A stretch of DNA of 43,650 nucleotides from Acidobacteriota bacterium (lineage in GTDB: Bacteria > Acidobacteriota > Thermoanaerobaculia > Multivoradales > JAGPDF01): the NCBI GenBank assembly GCA_011525905.1, contig WYBK01000004.1, forward strand, positions 1 to 43,650, given 5' to 3'. Below are positions 36,787-43,650 of the stretch, piece by piece. Both the position numbers and the translations under genes were made by a program. The notes under the pieces are model-generated. The model worked only from the letters and a program-made list of their open reading frames with translations. It did not search any database and had not been told where the DNA came from. Within the stretch, counting starts at the first letter, position 1. Each line of letters begins with the position of its first letter.

Positions 36787-36902
36787 GCGCCGATCTTACG
36801 GCGGCAGGGGTGCGTCCGGCCGCTGCGCTAGACTCGGCGCTCCGGAGCGCGGGAAGATTCTCCCGCCCCGAACCGTTCTCCCGCTGCGAGAGGAGCCGAC
36901 CG

Positions 36903-37286
36903 ATGGAGACCGCCCCGAACACCAACCCCACGACGCCCCCGGCCGCCGAGGCCACGCCCCCCGTCCAGATCACCGCCAAGGCGGTCGACATGGTCAAGAA
37001 GACCCGCGAGCAGGAGGGGATGGACGAGTCCTACGGCCTGCGCGTCGCCGTGATGGGCGGCGGCTGCAGCGGCTTCCAGTACGCGCTCGACTTCGAGCAG
37101 GAGGCGCGGCCGACCGACACCGTCTTCGAGGTCGACGGCCTGAGGGTCTTCGTCGACCCGGTCTCGGCCCGCTACCTCGAAGGGGTGTCGATCGACTACG
37201 TCTTCGGCACCACCGGCGCCGGCTTCAAGTTCGACAACCCGCGCGCCACGGGCACCTGCGGCTGCGGCTCCTCGTTCGCGGTCTGA
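36903..37286 (+). CDS. A-type Fe-S cluster carrier (IscA/ErpA/HesB)
   Basis: 'GGGCSGFQY', 'NPRATGTCGCGSSF'; SD GAGGAG. Confidence 0.95.
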   Translation: METAPNTNPTTPPAAEATPPVQITAKAVDMVKKTREQEGMDESYGLRVAVMGGGCSGFQYALDFEQEARPTDTVFEVDGLRVFVDPVSARYLEGVSIDYVFGTTGAGFKFDNPRATGTCGCGSSFAV

Positions 37287-37305
37287 CGGGCGCGACGGCC
37301 GTCTC

Positions 37306-38229
37306 TCAGGGCGCAGCGCCGACCGGCTCGAGCGCCCCGGACTCGCGTTGCAGCCAACCGGGCAGCTCGATTCGCTCCGACTCCGACCAGGCGGTGAGGT
37401 AGAGCCGGCCGAGCAGCTCGACGGCCGCCCGGAAGCGCTCGCAGGCGAAGGCGACGACCTCCGGATGGGCGAAGCCCTCGGCAGCGCCGAGCAGCGGCTG
37501 CAGGCGGTAGGTCCGGTCGAGCAGCGCGTGGCTCGCTTCGAGCGCGGCGAGCACCCCGGCGCGCAGGTCGGGCAAGGGCGCCAGCGAGAGCCCCGCGAGA
37601 GCACCCGCCGGATCGAACGGCGCGCGCTCGAGCAGGGCGTCGATTCGGACGTGGAACCCCTCGAGCGGCGAGCCCCCCGAGGGGAGCGCCCAGCCGTCGT
37701 GGTGGATCGTGGTGTGCAACGGCTGCGCCAGATCCCCCGCGTAGTGCGCCAGCAGGCCGGCGAAGACCAGGCACTTGGCGCGCACGTGCGGGTTGTCCGG
37801 CCAGCGGCGGTGCTCCGCCAGGCAGAGCGCCAGCTTCTCGGTCCCCTCGATCACCGCGTAGGGAAGCAGGCCGATCTGGGCCGGCCGCAGCCCGCGCGCC
37901 GCCGAGGCGACGAGCAGCTCGTGCGCCGTCGGCGGCAGTCCCCCGGGCGGCAAGCGCTCGGAGTCGAGAAAGTGCTCGACCTCCTCGCGGCTTCGGAGCG
38001 TCGGCGTGTCCCGATTGCGAAAGAGGTCGGGGTCGACCGCCAGGTGGCCGATGGTCTCGGCGCCGGCGACGAAGAATGGCGGAAGCTCTCCGGCCACCGC
38101 CGCGGCGGCGGCGATCCCGACCCGCCGGTGCCCGAGGGTCAGCCAGGCCCCGGCCGGCGCGGCGGCGGCGAGCGCGAGCAGCAGAGCGAGGCCGCCGGCG
38201 AGACGCCGCGAGAGCCGGCCGAGCCTCAT
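37306..38229 (-). CDS. Secreted S1/P1 nuclease / Zn phospholipase C-like protein
   Basis: Signal peptide ending AGA, mature start 'WLTLGH'; 'DPD', 'HFLD', 'HYAGDLAQPLH'. Confidence 0.8.
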   Translation of the reverse strand: MRLGRLSRRLAGGLALLLALAAAAPAGAWLTLGHRRVGIAAAAAVAGELPPFFVAGAETIGHLAVDPDLFRNRDTPTLRSREEVEHFLDSERLPPGGLPPTAHELLVASAARGLRPAQIGLLPYAVIEGTEKLALCLAEHRRWPDNPHVRAKCLVFAGLLAHYAGDLAQPLHTTIHHDGWALPSGGSPLEGFHVRIDALLERAPFDPAGALAGLSLAPLPDLRAGVLAALEASHALLDRTYRLQPLLGAAEGFAHPEVVAFACERFRAAVELLGRLYLTAWSESERIELPGWLQRESGALEPVGAAP

Positions 38230-38906
38230 CGGCCGAGCGCGTTGCGGAAGAGCAGGGCGGCGAGCGCGCCCCCCGAGATCGGGCCCGCGAGGTAGATCCA
38301 GAGATCGGCGAAGTCGCCGGTGACCAGCGCCGGCCCGAGGGTGCGCGCCGGATTGAGGCTCGCGCCGGTCAGCGGCCCGCCGACCAGGACGCCGACGGCG
38401 AGCGTCGCGCCGATCACCACGCCCGCCATGTGCCCGGCCCGCCCGGCGATCGCCCCCTGGAGCACGGCGAGCACGAGAAAGAGCGTGAGCAGCGATTCGA
38501 CGACCAGTCCCGCGGCCGGCGTCACCAGGATCGTCGCGTCGCCCACCTCGAGCTCCCCCCCGAGCGCCGTCCCCCCCAGGTTGCCCACGAGGCCGCCCAG
38601 CACGAAGCGGAGGGCGAGCGCCGCGACGACGGCACCGAAGACCTGGAAGACGACGTAGGAGACGGCCCGGCGGGTGTTGATCTTGCCCGCCAGCCAGACG
38701 CCGACCGTGACGGCGGGGTTGACGTGCGCCCCGGAGAGGTGGCCGAACAGATAGACCGCGACGGTGAGCGCCAGCCCTTGAGCGAGCGCGACGCCGACCA
38801 GCCCGCCCGCCCCGAGCGCCGCGGCGCCGGCACAGGCGAAGACCAGCATGAAGGTCCCGAGGAACTCCGCGCTGAGCGCGGTCGACAGGGGGGTGCTGTT
38901 CGTCAC
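38226..38906 (-). CDS. MIP family channel (aquaporin)
   Basis: 'AEFLGTF', 'SGAHVNPAVT', 'GASLNPAR', 'WIYLAGP..G'; GTG start with GGAGG SD; TAGAAT -10 at 38937-38932. Confidence 0.93.
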   Translation of the reverse strand: MTNSTPLSTALSAEFLGTFMLVFACAGAAALGAGGLVGVALAQGLALTVAVYLFGHLSGAHVNPAVTVGVWLAGKINTRRAVSYVVFQVFGAVVAALALRFVLGGLVGNLGGTALGGELEVGDATILVTPAAGLVVESLLTLFLVLAVLQGAIAGRAGHMAGVVIGATLAVGVLVGGPLTGASLNPARTLGPALVTGDFADLWIYLAGPISGGALAALLFRNALGR

Positions 38907-39091
38907 GGTGCCCTCCGCTCGCTGCACGAGGATTCTAAGCGAGCGCGTCCAGTCACCGAATCCGGGCGGCAGAGGTTCGAACTCTCGCAGCCGACTCGCG
39001 AAAGGCCTGCCGACTCCGCTGCCGCTGATCCAACATCCCGTGGGAAGATGCCCCAGAATCAGCTGTCTCTTCGTGCTGGAGGCATGCGGGC

Positions 39092-40306
39092 TCATCCCCT
39101 CAGCCAATCCTCCACCGGCCGGGCGAGGAACTCCTCGACCGGCACGCCGCCGCCCCCCACGAGCAGCGGCCTTGCCGGAGGGAAGCGATCGACGAACGAG
39201 GCGAGCCCCGAATGCGCCGTCGGAGGGCGGGCGCTCTTGACTTCGATCGCCAGCAGCCGGCGGCCCGCGCGGACCACGAAGTCGACTTCGAGGTTGCCTT
39301 CGCGCCAGTAGAAGAGCTCGCAGCGCCCGGCGGCCGCGGCGTTGGCGAGGTGAGCGCCGACCGCGGATTCGACCAGCCGGCCGTAGAGCTCCGGGTCGCC
39401 GAGCAGCTCCTCCGGCGAGAGGCCCGACTGCGCCGTCGAGAGCGCGGTGTTCAGCACCTGGAGCTTCGGGCTCGAGGCGCGGCTGCGCACCTCGGCCCCG
39501 CTGAACTTCTGCAGGCCCGTCACCATCCCGGCGCCGGCGAGCAGCTCGAGGTAGTGCGCCAGGGTCGTCGTGTTGCCAGCGTCGTGGAGCTGACCGAGCA
39601 TCTTCGTGTAGGAGAGCACCTGTCCGGAGTAGCGGCAACCGAGCTCGAACAGGCGGCGCAGCAGTGCGGGCTTGTCGACCCGGGTGAGCAGCAGCACGTC
39701 GCGGGCGATCGTCGTCTCGACCAGCGAGTCGAGCAGGTAGCGACGCCAGCGCGGCGGATCTCCGGCGAACGGCGCGGCGCCGGGGTAGCCGCCGAAGTAG
39801 AGGAAGCGGTCGACGTCGAAGCCGAACGCCTCGCGCATCTCGGCGAACGACCAGTGGGGCAGGTGCAGCACCTCGAAACGGCCCGCGAGGCTCTCGGTCA
39901 TCCCCTGCTGCATCAGCAGCGGAGCCGAGCCGAGCAGCACCACGGCGAGCGGCCGGCGCGCACGGCGGTCCTCGTCCCAGAGGCGCTTGACCGTCTCCGA
40001 CCAGCCGGGAACCTTCTGGATCTCGTCGAGCGCCAGCACCGCGCCGTCGCGCCCGGCATCCGCCGCGAGCAGGCGGGCTCGCTCCCACTGGGCCGCGAGC
40101 CAGGCGGCGTCGCGCAGGGCGGGCTCGTCGGCCGAGACGAAGAGGTGCGGGCGCTCGATTCCGGCGAGCGCCTGCTCGACCAGCGTCGTCTTGCCGACCT
40201 GACGCGGCCCGGCCACCACCTGGAGGTGGCGGGGCGGTTTGCGAAGGCGCCCCACGAGCTCGTCGAGTGGAGCGCGCCGGAAGGTCGACCGTTCGAGCTC
40301 ACTCAT
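39092..40306 (-). CDS. AAA_14 ATPase with DUF4143 (PD-(D/E)XK-like) C-terminal domain
   Basis: 'GPRQVGKTT', 'LDEIQ', 'LGS', 'ESLAGR', 'GGYP', 'EVDFV...AIEVKS'. Confidence 0.93.
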   Translation of the reverse strand: MSELERSTFRRAPLDELVGRLRKPPRHLQVVAGPRQVGKTTLVEQALAGIERPHLFVSADEPALRDAAWLAAQWERARLLAADAGRDGAVLALDEIQKVPGWSETVKRLWDEDRRARRPLAVVLLGSAPLLMQQGMTESLAGRFEVLHLPHWSFAEMREAFGFDVDRFLYFGGYPGAAPFAGDPPRWRRYLLDSLVETTIARDVLLLTRVDKPALLRRLFELGCRYSGQVLSYTKMLGQLHDAGNTTTLAHYLELLAGAGMVTGLQKFSGAEVRSRASSPKLQVLNTALSTAQSGLSPEELLGDPELYGRLVESAVGAHLANAAAAGRCELFYWREGNLEVDFVVRAGRRLLAIEVKSARPPTAHSGLASFVDRFPPARPLLVGGGGVPVEEFLARPVEDWLRG

Positions 40307-40347
40307 TGCCGTGAGTGATTTTACTCAACGTAATGAGTATGACGCAA
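40299..40347 (-). promoter_or_regulatory. Promoter of the AAA_14 gene with two palindromic operators
   Basis: TTGCGT (40347-40342), 18 nt, TAAAAT (40323-40318); palindromes TCACTCA-N6-TGAGTGA (40299-40318) and TACTCA-N6-TGAGTA (40322-40339). Confidence 0.7.
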
Positions 40348-40453
40348 CCGGCGCCCGCGAGACACGCGGGCGCCGCTGCCACCGTATGCTGGGGCCCGAG
40401 CGGCGGATGGGCACCTCGAGCGACCTCGTGCACGAGGAGAGGCGCGCCGGCCC

Positions 40454-40479
40454 TGCGTCCTTTTGGCGCTCGCTCCGTC
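40454..40479 (+). promoter_or_regulatory. Candidate ECF-type promoter upstream of the CC-peptide/sigma unit
   Basis: TGCGTC-N16-CGTC; CGT-type -10 elements are common in ECF promoters. A TATGCT hexamer at 40385-40390 is an alternative. Confidence 0.3.
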
Positions 40480-40537
40480 TCCTCGGTCGGGACCTCGCAG
40501 GGAGCGGGGCTCCCGATCCGAGTGGAGGCCCGAAGCC

Positions 40538-40741
40538 ATGTCGAACGCGAAGACCCCCAACGACCCGACGAACCGCGCCGCGAGCGGCGAGACCCCGAGC
40601 GCGCGCGAGGCCGGGCCGGCCGGCGCCTGTTGCGTCCCCGCCGCGCCGGCTGCCTGCTGCGCCCCGGTCGCCGCGACCGGCTGCTGCGCCGTCGCGACGG
40701 CGCCCTGCTGCGCGCCCGCGACGGCCGCCTGCTGCGGCTGA
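40538..40741 (+). CDS. 67-aa peptide with five Cys-Cys pairs (metallothionein-like)
   Basis: SD GGAGG then ATG; ...GACCVPAAPAACCAPVAATGCCAVATAPCCAPATAACCG*; 5 nt before the sigma ATG. Confidence 0.75.
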   Translation: MSNAKTPNDPTNRAASGETPSAREAGPAGACCVPAAPAACCAPVAATGCCAVATAPCCAPATAACCG

Positions 40742-40746
40742 GGACG

Positions 40747-41388
40747 ATGACGGGATCGGCCGCCGCGCCCGCCCCTCCCCCCTGGGAGAGCCTGCGGGCC
40801 GAGCTCCTGCGCTTCGTGCGCGGGCGCATCGGCGACCCGGCGGCCGCCGACGACATCGTCCACGACGTGCTGCTCCGGGCCCTCGCCGAGCTCGAGGGCC
40901 CGGAGCCGCCCGTCCACCTGCGCGGCTGGCTCTACCGGGTCACCCGCAACGCCATCGTCGACCACTATCGCGCCCGGCGCCCGTCCGAGGAGCTGCCGGC
41001 CGAGCTCGAGGCGGCGGGCGCCGAGCAGGAAGCGTCGGCCGAGCGGGAGCTCGCGGGTTGCCTCGCGCCGCTCCTCGCCAGACTGCCCGACGAGTCCCGC
41101 GAAGCGCTGACCCTCGCCGAGGTCGATGGCCTGGCGCAGCGCGAGATCGCCGCGCGCGCGGGGCTCTCGCTCTCCGGCGCCAAGTCGCGCGTGCAGCGCG
41201 CCCGCCGGATGCTGCGCTCCGCCCTGCTCGACTGCTGCCGGGTCGAGGTCGACCGGCGCGGCGGCGTCGTCGCCTTCGAGCGGCGGCCCGGAGGCGAGCC
41301 GTGCGTGTCCCCCGCGGTTACGCCGCCTGCGCCGGAGCCGGAAACCAGTGTCGGGTGCGGTTGCAGAAGCTGCAGACCGAGAGCATGA
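40747..41388 (+). CDS. sigZ: ECF sigma factor, SigZ-like
   Basis: 'AADDIVHDVLL', 'WLYRVTRNAIVDHYR', 'LAGCLAPLL', 'LSLSGAKSRVQRAR..L...LLDCC'. Confidence 0.88.
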   Translation: MTGSAAAPAPPPWESLRAELLRFVRGRIGDPAAADDIVHDVLLRALAELEGPEPPVHLRGWLYRVTRNAIVDHYRARRPSEELPAELEAAGAEQEASAERELAGCLAPLLARLPDESREALTLAEVDGLAQREIAARAGLSLSGAKSRVQRARRMLRSALLDCCRVEVDRRGGVVAFERRPGGEPCVSPAVTPPAPEPETSVGCGCRSCRPRA

Positions 41389-42394
41389 CCGGCACCTCGA
41401 CCAGGACGCCGACCACGGTGGCGAGCGCGGCTCCCGACTCGGGGCCGAAGAGCGCGATGGCGGTGGCGACAGCGAGCTCGAAGAAGTTGCTGGCGCCGAT
41501 CAGCGCTCCTGGTGCGGCCACGTCGTGCGGCACTCGCAGCCACTTCATCAGCCCGTAGGCGAGGCCGGAGTTGAAGTAGACCTGGATCAGCAGCGGAATC
41601 GCGATCAGCACCACGTGGACGAAGCGGCCGGTCAAGTTGTCGGCCTGGAAGGCGAAGATCATCACCAGCGTCGCGAGCAGCGCGATCACCGTCACCGGGT
41701 GGAACGCCGGCAGGAAGGCTCGCTCGAACCACTCCCTTCCCTTCGCCCGGAGCAGCAGAGCGCGACTGGCCGCTCCCAGCGCGAGGGGAATCACGATGAA
41801 CACCACGACCGAGAGCAGCAACACGTCGAAGGGCACTGTCAGCGTGCTCGCGCCGGTGACCAGGAAGCCGACGATCGGCGCGAAGAGGACCAGCATGATC
41901 AGGTCGTTGAGCGAGACCTGGACCAGCGTGTAGGCCGGGTCGCCGTCGGTCAGATAGGACCAGACGAAGACCATCGCGGTGCAGGGCGCGGCGGCGAGGA
42001 TGATCGAGCCGGCGAGGTACTGGTTGGCGAGCTCGGCGCCGATCCAGGGCTGGAACAGGATGCGGAAGAAGAGGTAGCCGATCGCGGCCATCGAGAAGGG
42101 CTTGACCAGCCAGTTGACGAACAGGGTGACCAGGATCCCCTTCGGCCGCTCGCGTACGGCCAAGATGGAGCCCAGGTCGACCTTGAGCATCATCGGGTAG
42201 ACCATGAGCCAGATCAGCACCGCGATCGCGACGTTGATCTGCGAGCCGTCGCCGAGCTCGAGCCGGCGCAGGGCATCGGTGAAGCCCGGGAAGAGCTTGC
42301 CGAGCGCCACGCCCGCGGCCATGCAGAAGACGACCCAGATCGTCAGGTAGCGCTCGAAGACATTGAGGCGCTTCTGCGGTGCCGCCTCGGTCAC
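41318..42394 (-). CDS. acr3: ACR3-family arsenite efflux transporter
   Basis: 'FERYLTIWV', '[12 protein letters not shown]', '[12 protein letters not shown]', '[11 protein letters not shown]', '[10 protein letters not shown]'; GTGA overlap with arsC. Confidence 0.96.
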   Translation of the reverse strand: MTEAAPQKRLNVFERYLTIWVVFCMAAGVALGKLFPGFTDALRRLELGDGSQINVAIAVLIWLMVYPMMLKVDLGSILAVRERPKGILVTLFVNWLVKPFSMAAIGYLFFRILFQPWIGAELANQYLAGSIILAAAPCTAMVFVWSYLTDGDPAYTLVQVSLNDLIMLVLFAPIVGFLVTGASTLTVPFDVLLLSVVVFIVIPLALGAASRALLLRAKGREWFERAFLPAFHPVTVIALLATLVMIFAFQADNLTGRFVHVVLIAIPLLIQVYFNSGLAYGLMKWLRVPHDVAAPGALIGASNFFELAVATAIALFGPESGAALATVVGVLVEVPVMLSVCSFCNRTRHWFPAPAQAA

Positions 42395-42828
42395 GACTTC
42401 GTCTCCTCGCGCCGCGCGAGGCCTTCGGCTTCGAGCCAGGCGGAGATGCGGCGGCGCAGCTCGTCGCGCACCGCGCGAAAACGCTCCAGGCTCTCCTCCT
42501 CGCTCCCGCCGCGACCCGCCGGGTCGGGCAGCGGCCAGTGCAGCCGCCGCGCGCCGCCGAGGTAGACCGGGCAGACCTCCTCGGCGCAGAGGGTGATCAC
42601 GGTATCGACGGCAGCGCGGTCGATCTCGCCGACCGACTTCGAGCGCTGACCGGAAATGTCGATACCGATCTCCGAGACAACGCGCGCCGCGAGCGGATTC
42701 ACCCCCGAGGGCGCCGAGCCGGCGCTCTGGATCGGCACACGGTCGCCCGCGAGGCTGCGCGCGATCCCCTCGGCCATCTGGCTGCGCGCCGAGTTGGCGA
42801 CGCACAGGAAGAGCACGCCGTGCGTCAC
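42391..42828 (-). CDS. arsC: Arsenate reductase, LMW-PTP (thioredoxin-coupled) family
   Basis: P-loop '[15 protein letters not shown]', 'SAGS.P', 'TLCAEEVCP', 'HWPLPDP'. Confidence 0.92.
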   Translation of the reverse strand: MTHGVLFLCVANSARSQMAEGIARSLAGDRVPIQSAGSAPSGVNPLAARVVSEIGIDISGQRSKSVGEIDRAAVDTVITLCAEEVCPVYLGGARRLHWPLPDPAGRGGSEEESLERFRAVRDELRRRISAWLEAEGLARREETKS

Positions 42829-43082
42829 GAGGAGGCCACTCCCGGTCCGGCCAGCAGCTCCTTGAGCTTCGTCGTCGACGGCACGTGGCCGAAGACCTTG
42901 ATCTCGCCGTCGACGACGAGGGCCGGAGTCGCGACGATGCCGAACTCGAAGATCTTCTCGATTTCGGTCACTTTCTCGAGCTCGTAGTCGAGCCCGAGCT
43001 CCCGCGCGGCGCGTTCGGCGTGCTCGGTGAGCAGCCTGCACTTCGGGCAGCCCGTGCCCAGGATCTGGAGCTTCGTCGTCAT
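42825..43082 (-). CDS. Small redox-active disulfide protein (MTH895-like thioredoxin family)
   Basis: 'ILGTGCPKC', 'TPALVVDG'; SD GAGGAGG. Confidence 0.9.
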   Translation of the reverse strand: MTTKLQILGTGCPKCRLLTEHAERAARELGLDYELEKVTEIEKIFEFGIVATPALVVDGEIKVFGHVPSTTKLKELLAGPGVASS

Positions 43083-43092
43083 CGGATCCTCC

Positions 43093-43650
43093 TCAAGTTG
43101 CGAGCCAGCCGTAGAGCAGGCCCGTGATGGTCGCCATGACGGCGACGAGCGACACGTAGACGATCGTCTTGCGCCAGCCCATGAAGCTGCGCAGCACCAG
43201 CATCGCGGGCAGCGAGAGCGCCGGGCCCGCGAGCAGCAGGGCGAGCGCCGGGCCCTGGCCCATGCCGCCGCCGAGCAGGCCCTGGAGGATGGGCACCTCG
43301 GTCAAGGTGGCGAAGTACATGAGGGCGCCGGCGACCGCGGCGAAGAGGTTGGCCCCGAGCGAGTTGCCGCCGACCGACTGGGCGACCCAGGCCGACGGGA
43401 TCAGCCCCTCCTGCCCGGGCCGGCCGAGCAGCAGGCCCGCGATCAGCACGCCGCCCAAGAGCAACGGCAGGATCTGCTTGGCGAAGCCCCAGGTCGCCGA
43501 AAGCCACTCGCCGAGCTCTCCTTCGTCGCCGGCGAGCGCCGCGGCCAGGGCGGTGAAGAAGGCGGTGAAGGGGACGACCGGGTGCGCGCTCGCGAGCAGG
43601 GCGGCGACGGCGGTCGCGGCCGCGGCGGCGAGCGCCTTCCAGGCCGCGAG
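43093..43650 (-). CDS. arsP: ArsP/DUF318-family permease, C-terminal part (start outside window)
   Basis: 'MYFATLTEVPILQGL', 'GPALALLLAGPALSLP'; frame open to the window end. Confidence 0.85.
   Translation of the reverse strand, partial: LAAWKALAAAAATAVAALLASAHPVVPFTAFFTALAAALAGDEGELGEWLSATWGFAKQILPLLLGGVLIAGLLLGRPGQEGLIPSAWVAQSVGGNSLGANLFAAVAGALMYFATLTEVPILQGLLGGGMGQGPALALLLAGPALSLPAMLVLRSFMGWRKTIVYVSLVAVMATITGLLYGWLAT

Noticed and set aside
38960-38995. T-arm-like GAGAGTTCGAACCTCT (minus strand), possible tRNA or att remnant
   Set aside because: No acceptor stem, D-arm, anticodon arm or CCA could be built, and no integrase is in the window; tRNAscan/ARAGORN would settle it.
38226-40088. 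Apparent 620-aa aquaporin fusion
   Set aside because: The N-terminal part is an off-frame reading of the AAA_14 gene; the MIP has its own -10, SD and GTG at 38906.

Overview
Very GC-rich bacterial chromosome segment. Gene content (FYDLN protein, TPR-sulfatase, IPTL-CTERM protein, FxDxFESG-tailed hydrolase) suggests Acidobacteriota, probably Thermoanaerobaculia-like; this is an inference. The left third is conserved core: pilMNOPQ, rpmB, and lolA-tgt-yajC-secD-secF-rel. The middle is a mosaic of housekeeping and accessory genes: folK, LON-N, HD hydrolase, ABC half-transporter, trmB, acyltransferase, manC, iodotyrosine-deiodinase-like nitroreductase, GH44, an ECF/RskA pair, a large beta-helix surface protein, TPR-sulfatase, tdk, IscA, S1/P1 nuclease and aquaporin. 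The right end holds an AAA_14/DUF4143 gene, a Cys-Cys-repeat peptide with a SigZ-like sigma factor, and an arsenic cluster (arsP, small thioredoxin, arsC, acr3). No tRNA, rRNA, CRISPR array or transposase was seen. The best candidates for undescribed biology are: (1) an apparent polyprotein whose internal IPTL-CTERM anchor runs directly into a second signal peptide; (2) a five-CC peptide coupled to a SigZ-like sigma next to ars genes; (3) tandem ACTCA-N6-TGAGT operators over the AAA_14/DUF4143 promoter; (4) a ComEA-like HhH insert in SecF; (5) folK and trmB lacking canonical start codons, alongside many leaderless-type promoters. All family calls come from motif recognition by eye, not database searches.
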